Part shown: piece by piece, positions 58,200-64,000 of the stretch
Layout: every line of letters begins with the position of its first letter
Numbering within the stretch: the first letter of the stretch is position 1
Assembly: GCA_020184695.1 (NCBI GenBank)
Contig: JAANOX010000156.1
Span: 58,855 to 122,854 of the forward strand
DNA from: Histomonas meleagridis 2922-C6/04-290x
Taxonomy: Eukaryota; Protista; Parabasalia
Reading direction: 5' to 3'
Length of the DNA: 64,000 nucleotides
Program-made: the position numbers and the translations under genes
Notes under the pieces: model-generated
Seen by the model: the letters and a program-made list of their open reading frames with translations, nothing else
Databases searched by the model: none
Told to the model about the DNA's origin: nothing

Positions 58200-58574
58200 A
58201 TGGAAGACAGAAAAAAAGATTTCATTCCTTTCCGATCAAGAGAAACTCACTGGGGCCCCATCAACTATCGCCCTCTAATTCCAAATGTTGCAACTGTTCT
58301 TCCGCCAAATTTACCAGAACCTCTTCTTCAAGCATTAATGCTTAGAATGCAATATGAAGAAACTCAATATAAACTTGACCACTTAGATGAAGAAGCAGAT
58401 TACGTTGTATGGAAAGAAAATTCTTTGGACATTAGTACATGGTCTGGGAATGTTGCAGATGCAAAAGAATCTAGAGCAAAAGAAGTTCTTTTCGAAGAAA
58501 CTAGAAAATATGCAAATTCCTTTGAAGAAATGTTTCCTACATTTCTTCCTTCGCCAAATGAACAAACTGAATGA
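58200..58574 (+). CDS. Stand-alone SF1/BBP N-terminal (ULM + helix-hairpin) protein
   Basis: RETHWG (ULM-like Trp), LIPNVATVLPPNL...LRMQYEETQYKL, SRAKEVLFEETRK...MFPTFLPSP. It stops where the SF1 KH domain would start. Confidence 0.65.
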   Translation: MEDRKKDFIPFRSRETHWGPINYRPLIPNVATVLPPNLPEPLLQALMLRMQYEETQYKLDHLDEEADYVVWKENSLDISTWSGNVADAKESRAKEVLFEETRKYANSFEEMFPTFLPSPNEQTE

Positions 58575-58778
58575 TAAATGGACTTCCCTATATATAAATA
58601 AGAAATGCTTTAAAATACATAAATAGGTTAATCGTTGTGAGTTACGCGTTAAAGTTTTTAAGGTTGATCATAATGTTCAAAGCATGTTGAGTGAAGTTTG
58701 AAAATAATTTATGAAAATTTGTTATATAAATAAAAATATGGGGAAAAACATGTTTTTCAGGTAGCTCATGTTTAATAG

Positions 58779-59309
58779 TTATAACTTTTTTGCTAAAACA
58801 ATAATTGTAATGATGATTCCATAAAAAATCAAAAACGGAATCCAAATTGAAAAAAAGTCTTTAATTGAAATAGACCTTCCACTCACGATCAATTTCAAAA
58901 TGAGTTTTACCGTTGCACATGTTGTCCAATTTTTCCAGCAACATGGTTTTTTGAGATTAATACGATCTAAAATAGTACAAACAAACAAATGACAATTTGA
59001 GCACAGCATGCTATAATGCATATGGCCAAACTCTTCTTTAACTTCTTGAATTGCATTATCAAGAACATTGGCTTCAATTTGTAATTTGAATTTTTGTTTT
59101 GGATCACCAAAAAGCATTTGACCTTTTCCTACTGTGCACTCTCCTTGGAAATCATATGCATCCCCATTTGAATCACAAATTCCCACGTGTCCTATTGCAG
59201 GACAAATCCAAGACAGCATAGGAATTGTTGTCCATACAACACAACAAGATAGATCGGATATTGTTTTGTCGTTTAATGGCTCATCAATATCATTATTCAA
59301 TTTTTCCAT
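58779..59309 (-). CDS. TMEM222/RTE1-like (DUF778) membrane protein
   Basis: CCVVWTTIPMLSWICPAIGHVGICDSNG..YDFQG, YSMLCSNCHLFV, C-terminal TM. Confidence 0.88.
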   Translation of the reverse strand: MEKLNNDIDEPLNDKTISDLSCCVVWTTIPMLSWICPAIGHVGICDSNGDAYDFQGECTVGKGQMLFGDPKQKFKLQIEANVLDNAIQEVKEEFGHMHYSMLCSNCHLFVCTILDRINLKKPCCWKNWTTCATVKLILKLIVSGRSISIKDFFSIWIPFLIFYGIIITIIVLAKKL

Positions 59310-60093
59310 TCCTAGAGGATAAACTACTGACCCCTTTTACACTTTTTCAGAAGTTTTTAACCGGCATTTTATTCAATTTCCCATGACACTTTTCGAAAAA
59401 TGGTAGCTATCGGATTTGTATCAGTCAATTGCATTCTAACTCACTAAAAATTGAATTATTATCAATTGATAACATGTGCAGAACGTTCTTAAGTAAACTT
59501 GATCAAAAATTCGCAATATATATTTTTTCCCTGTGAGATTAGCTTTATCACTTCTAGGGGCCTCTGGATCATAGATAACTCATATTAAACTCAGATTGCA
59601 TGCAACAATTAATTATAAACGATATCCATTCAATTATGTGGGGTATCTTTTTTGATCAAGTTTATATAATCAGTTTTGATGCCTTATCAAATTACTCCAG
59701 CTGATTAATGCCAAAAATTAAAAATGGCTAATAAACAAAATTACAACAAGTGACTTCCAATGTTTATGTTCATTTCAGAAGATGAAAATGCAAGAAATCA
59801 AGTTATATCTTTGGCAATATAGGCATCAAGAATGAAATCATTATTCGTATATTATATTACTGAACTGAACATTATAGGGTATCCAACCCCAATTATAATC
59901 ATTAGATTATTATAAATTAAAATCTTATAAGGACGTATTTGTGGATGAGATCCGATAGATGACCATTGGAAACTGAAGTCACTTTTTTTCAACACTTTTT
60001 CAATACTTTATATTAAGTTGTGCACGATTTGGATTTGATAAGTTTATACCGGCCGTTTATTTCATGAGCAGTTATTAACAAATCAAAGGCCAA

Positions 60094-61212
60094 ATGAAGA
60101 CGAGACCCCGAAAAAAGAAAATGGATCCTCTATACTACGCAGCATACGCAAGAGATGATGAACCTCCTGAAGCAATTGAACGAAAATTTGCCATATTGGA
60201 ACAAAGAATTCAGGAAAATAGCAACACCTCTACGGTTCAGGATATCGCACGAAAGTTACTTGCCGAGGAAGCATTACCAAACCAGCTGCCAACCGACATC
60301 TGGTTTGATCTTGAGGATGAAGTTTATGGTCCAATTGATAGTGATGAGGGTGATGCATCTTTTCTACCTTCATACGGTGGGGGTGATGATGAAGAGTATT
60401 ATGTTGAACGTAGTCTTCGAACAAAAGGGAAAAAGAAGTCCAAAACTTCACATCCCACACTTTCAACCTCAACACAAGTTGAACACCTTGGTTCAGGGGT
60501 TGATCTGTGGCCTCTCTACAAAGTTCTTAAGCTTCACAGTAATGTTGGGATGATTCCCCATCGCGATTTTGTCAATAGAGAAACATTTCGAACACGAGAA
60601 GAATTTGTTGAAGAGCTTACCACGCCAAAATATGTTGTTGATAACATTGATGTCCATACATTTGTTGATATTGTTGGTACTCAAGTTGATGCCATAATTA
60701 TGGATCCGCCTTTTGGACACAATGGTTGGGATGGCAATAAGTTATACAAGTTCATCAGTGGTCTCATGCCTCATCTTTCCCGTACTTTTATTGTCATATG
60801 GGTTGATCCAGATACGATATCGGATATTGTTGCCTCCTTCAAAAAGGCCGAATATGTGTTTTGTGACTCAATCTCTGTCGAACTACTTGATCCTTTTGGC
60901 CGCCCATATGTGATATATACTGATTCGTCTGGATTTCCAAGAGATTCACGAATGGCGATCATGTACCGAACTAATGATATAATACGTTCTGACCTTAAGC
61001 AACAACGCGTAAAAGATACTGGATATGGCATCGTGTGCGAGAACGGGAAATCGTACGGAAGAATATCAATGCCACTTACAATACACAACATCTTAAAGAT
61101 AATGTTGCCTGATAGAAAAGAACAAAAGAGAGTGTTCGTGGAACTTTGGCCGTCGTTTTATGCGAGACCAGAGAACTGGTTGTATATAGACGAAAAAGAA
61201 GTCGACGATTAA
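60094..61212 (+). CDS. MT-A70-family adenine methyltransferase-like protein
   Basis: VDAIIMDPPFG (DPPW-type motif IV), FIVIWV, QQRVKD, IHNILKIMLP...VELW; acidic N-terminal extension. Confidence 0.65.
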   Translation: MKTRPRKKKMDPLYYAAYARDDEPPEAIERKFAILEQRIQENSNTSTVQDIARKLLAEEALPNQLPTDIWFDLEDEVYGPIDSDEGDASFLPSYGGGDDEEYYVERSLRTKGKKKSKTSHPTLSTSTQVEHLGSGVDLWPLYKVLKLHSNVGMIPHRDFVNRETFRTREEFVEELTTPKYVVDNIDVHTFVDIVGTQVDAIIMDPPFGHNGWDGNKLYKFISGLMPHLSRTFIVIWVDPDTISDIVASFKKAEYVFCDSISVELLDPFGRPYVIYTDSSGFPRDSRMAIMYRTNDIIRSDLKQQRVKDTGYGIVCENGKSYGRISMPLTIHNILKIMLPDRKEQKRVFVELWPSFYARPENWLYIDEKEVDD

Positions 61213-61686
61213 TAACAAATCTGATTTTATAAATATTAAATTAAAATAAATTTAAATTTCATTTTCATTTCATTTTTGGTCCAAACTATGGACAACAATA
61301 AGTTATCGAATAATTACGTGATGAAATAGGGACAAAAGGTCGTATTGCAACTAATGCTGCAGAAGGAAGTTTAGGTATTTTGATAAAGTAAAGAAATCAT
61401 CTGAAAGACATTATTTCAAGTTCATTAAGGAAGCCGAAATAACTAATAATTTATCTAATGAATTCATTAGATGATATATAATATATTCATTATATGAATT
61501 CTTATATCATGATATATCATGAATGATTTTTAAAATTTCTTTAAAATTTATTTTAAAATTAAACCGGTTCAAATAATTACGATTTGTAATCTAGATTGAA
61601 AATTGACATGAATTTTTGTAAACTTGTTAAAATTGACAATGAGATTAATGTCGAAATAGTTTCTAAAATCTCTTTTATGTTCTTGT

Positions 61687-62928
61687 TTATTTATTTATAT
61701 ATTTCATGCAACTTTTTAGTTCTCTAAGAAGGTAATCATCTTGTCTTCTTCTTAATGAGGTAAACCATCTGTTTTTACACTGTAAATGATCTCTTTCATC
61801 AAAATACTTTGAAATTATTTTCCAATGGTGACCATGAGAACGCACTAATTTATATAAGAGATCATCTTCTTCTTGTGTCCATAGTTTCCTTGTTCTTGTT
61901 TTACGCATAGCTTTAATTTCACCTGTCATATCTAAAAATCAAAAAATTGAATCCCCATCCATTTCCAAACACAGTTCTAAACGTTCACGAAATCTCAAAC
62001 AAAGTTTGTTAATTAGGTCCGACGATAAATTATCCCAAACTTTTTTGATGACATCTATCAACTCGTTTTTGGTTTGTGGGTTCGCCTCGGTAACAGCTCT
62101 TTTCATGATAGCCCATAGTAGTTCTATCGGATTGAGATCTCAATCCGGAGAATTGGCGGGCCAATCCGCAATTACATCCATAAATCTTTCCAACCAATCC
62201 ATTGTTGCAGCAGAAGTATGCGAGAGTGCTCCGTCCTGCATGAATAACCATCCATATTCACCATACCTTTTGTTCATTTCTTCGATAAATCCAGACTCAA
62301 GAATATTCAAAATATAAGTATCAGAATTTACAGAACCATCAATAATTACCAAATTGCTCTTAATATCAACAGAAATAACACCAAAAATCATTACAGAAAC
62401 AAAAAATTTCGTTTCATTAATTACTGAGTTTTTTGTAAAATCACCTTTTCTAATCCAAACCCATCGGTTATCATTCCCAAGGACAAACCTGGATTCATCT
62501 GAAAAGGCAATTTTGTCAAGATAAAAATCTTCATTCAACATTCTTTGGCAAAATTTTTTACGATTATGTATTTGCTCTTCTGTCAGATCTTGTTGATGTT
62601 TTGGTGGTTTAAAATGAAAATTCATATCATTTCTGAGTTTCAAAATATATTGTGGTGTTACTAATATACCAAAATTATTTTTAACATCTTCTGGCAGCAC
62701 TCTTGAAGGCTGTGCTGCATCTAGTAATGTATTAATCTCAATAAATTTTTTAATATCTTCTGTAATTTTTGGTTTAGCACCTCTTTTTACTGGTGATAGT
62801 ATTTTACCAGTTTCATTGTATTCATTTATTACTCTTCCTACCCTATGGCTACCCACATGTAGGATTTGAGTTATTTGTTGGTGCGTACAACCATTTTGAT
62901 AAAGATCAACAATGGATTTTTCGACCAT
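61687..62928 (-). mobile_element. Tc1/IS630 DD34E transposase in frame with a C-terminal Myb repeat; two internal stops
   Basis: From ATG 62928: HTH, GAKPKIT, FSDESRF, VMIFGVI, QDGALSH, WPANSPD*DLNPIELLW...GDSIF*FLD MTGEIK...WTQEEDDLL...W...RDHLQCKNRW. Stops at 62140-62142 and 61939-61941 are in the same frame. Confidence 0.85.
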
Positions 62929-63224
62929 TTTTTTAATAAACGGTATTAAATCGAAATATTCAATGACTTGACTCAATGTCGAATTATTTGAACAAGTTTA
63001 TATATAATTAAATTATATAATGAATGATTATTAAAAAAATCATGTGACATAAGAAAATAAGAAGTATATAATTAAATATAATCACATTTAGTCCTATTTT
63101 CTTATACCTGTATCTTAATTTTTCTATGAATTTGAATTAAAATGAAATTTGAAAACACATTAAAATATATGTAAACTGAAAATGAAAAGTCAGAAGCATT
63201 CAATCCGAAAAAGTGCCAATATCT

Positions 63225-63971
63225 ATGAGTCAATACTCAAAATTGCAACAGGTGAAAGATTTCAATTGCGCTAAAATGCTTGAAGCCGGATTCTCATACG
63301 AGAGAATACAGCATTTATTAAGCCCAAAAAGAATTGCCTCAATCAAAAAGGGATTATCATTAGAACACAGGATGGGGCGTCCTTCAAAAATCACTTAATC
63401 AATGATTGATTATACGGAAATGCTTTCATTAACAAATGCCAGGTTCACTGATGGTGATATAGCTTCGGTATTAAATGAGAAATTTTCCACGAATATTTCA
63501 AAAACAATCATTTCAAGAATACGAAGAAAATTAGGTTTTATTTACCGATCTCCTCTTGTAAAGCAAAAGCTCAATGAATTATAAAAGCAGACAAGACTAG
63601 AATTCTGCATTTGGGTTCTTCAATATAAATTTCAATTGGACAATATTGTTTTTTCTGATGAATCGAGGTTCGAAAAATATCCAGACAACACATGGAGGAG
63701 AATAAAACGATAAATGTGGAATGAATCATGTTTCTGTGATACACAGAAATTCGTTCCGAGTATAATAATCTGGGGAGCGATTGGTAAGGGGTTTCGAACG
63801 CCTTTGATGAAGTGTTCAGAGTTTGTCAATGCTGAAGAATACATCAATATCATGATGGAAAGAAGTGATATGTTCACAACATGTGATAAGAAATTCGGTC
63901 ATTTTAAATGGGTATATATGCAAAATGGGGCACCATGTCACATCTTAAGCTTGATATTTGAATCAACTTAA
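63225..63971 (+). mobile_element. Tc1/IS630-family transposase pseudogene, truncated
   Basis: MGRPSKIT*, IRRKLGF, *KQTRLEFC, VFSDESRF, IIIWGAIG, YMQNGAPCH. Three in-frame TAA stops; ends before the third catalytic residue. Confidence 0.9.
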
Positions 63972-64000
63972 AATACAGTTTTAATCTCAAAAATTCAACA

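Noticed and set aside
26359-60720. Many 60-140 aa ORFs overlapping larger genes on the other strand or frame (e.g. 26359, 28081, 35129, 37285, 46938, 60155)
   Set aside because: Shadow ORFs with no motifs, fully overlapping well-supported CDSs.
61300-61440. LRDEIGTKGRIATNAAEGSLGILIK fragment resembling a Mutator/IS1595 transposase motif
   Set aside because: Only about 25 aa bounded by stops; too short to assign.
1-64000. CRISPR arrays, rRNA genes, telomeric repeats, prophage or bacterial operons
   Set aside because: No regularly spaced repeat-spacer array, rRNA-like block or Shine-Dalgarno/operon structure was seen; the content is eukaryotic.

Overview
Eukaryotic nuclear DNA, very AT-rich and apparently intron-free. 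The gene content (BspA/TpLRR surface protein, several Myb genes, Rab, CK1, Tc1/mariner relics) and the promoter motifs point to a parabasalid (trichomonad); this is an inference and the species cannot be determined. The ORF track uses bacterial TTG/GTG starts, so several CDS starts were moved to the first in-frame ATG. About 27 protein-coding genes look intact, including POLE2, a POLE3-like gene, NXF1/Mex67, an importin-beta, eIF2B-alpha, a PP2A-family phosphatase, RPS11, PITP, TRRAP/Tra1-like, a syntaxin and an MT-A70-like gene, plus one tRNA-Ile(GAT). These are interleaved with decayed sequence: four Tc1/IS630-type relics, one mariner, one tyrosine-recombinase relic, and pseudogenised fragments of APC1, CDC5 and BspA. 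Main leads: (1) a DD34E Tc1 transposase whose frame runs into a Myb domain, with degenerate inverted repeats and a Myb-element-like motif before its ATG; (2) a pseudokinase fused to a GBP/atlastin-type GTPase; (3) a DIRS/Crypton-like tyrosine recombinase relic; (4) a stand-alone SF1 helix-hairpin protein without KH; (5) a BEACH-family architecture lacking the BEACH domain. All family assignments come from motifs recognised by eye; no database search was run.
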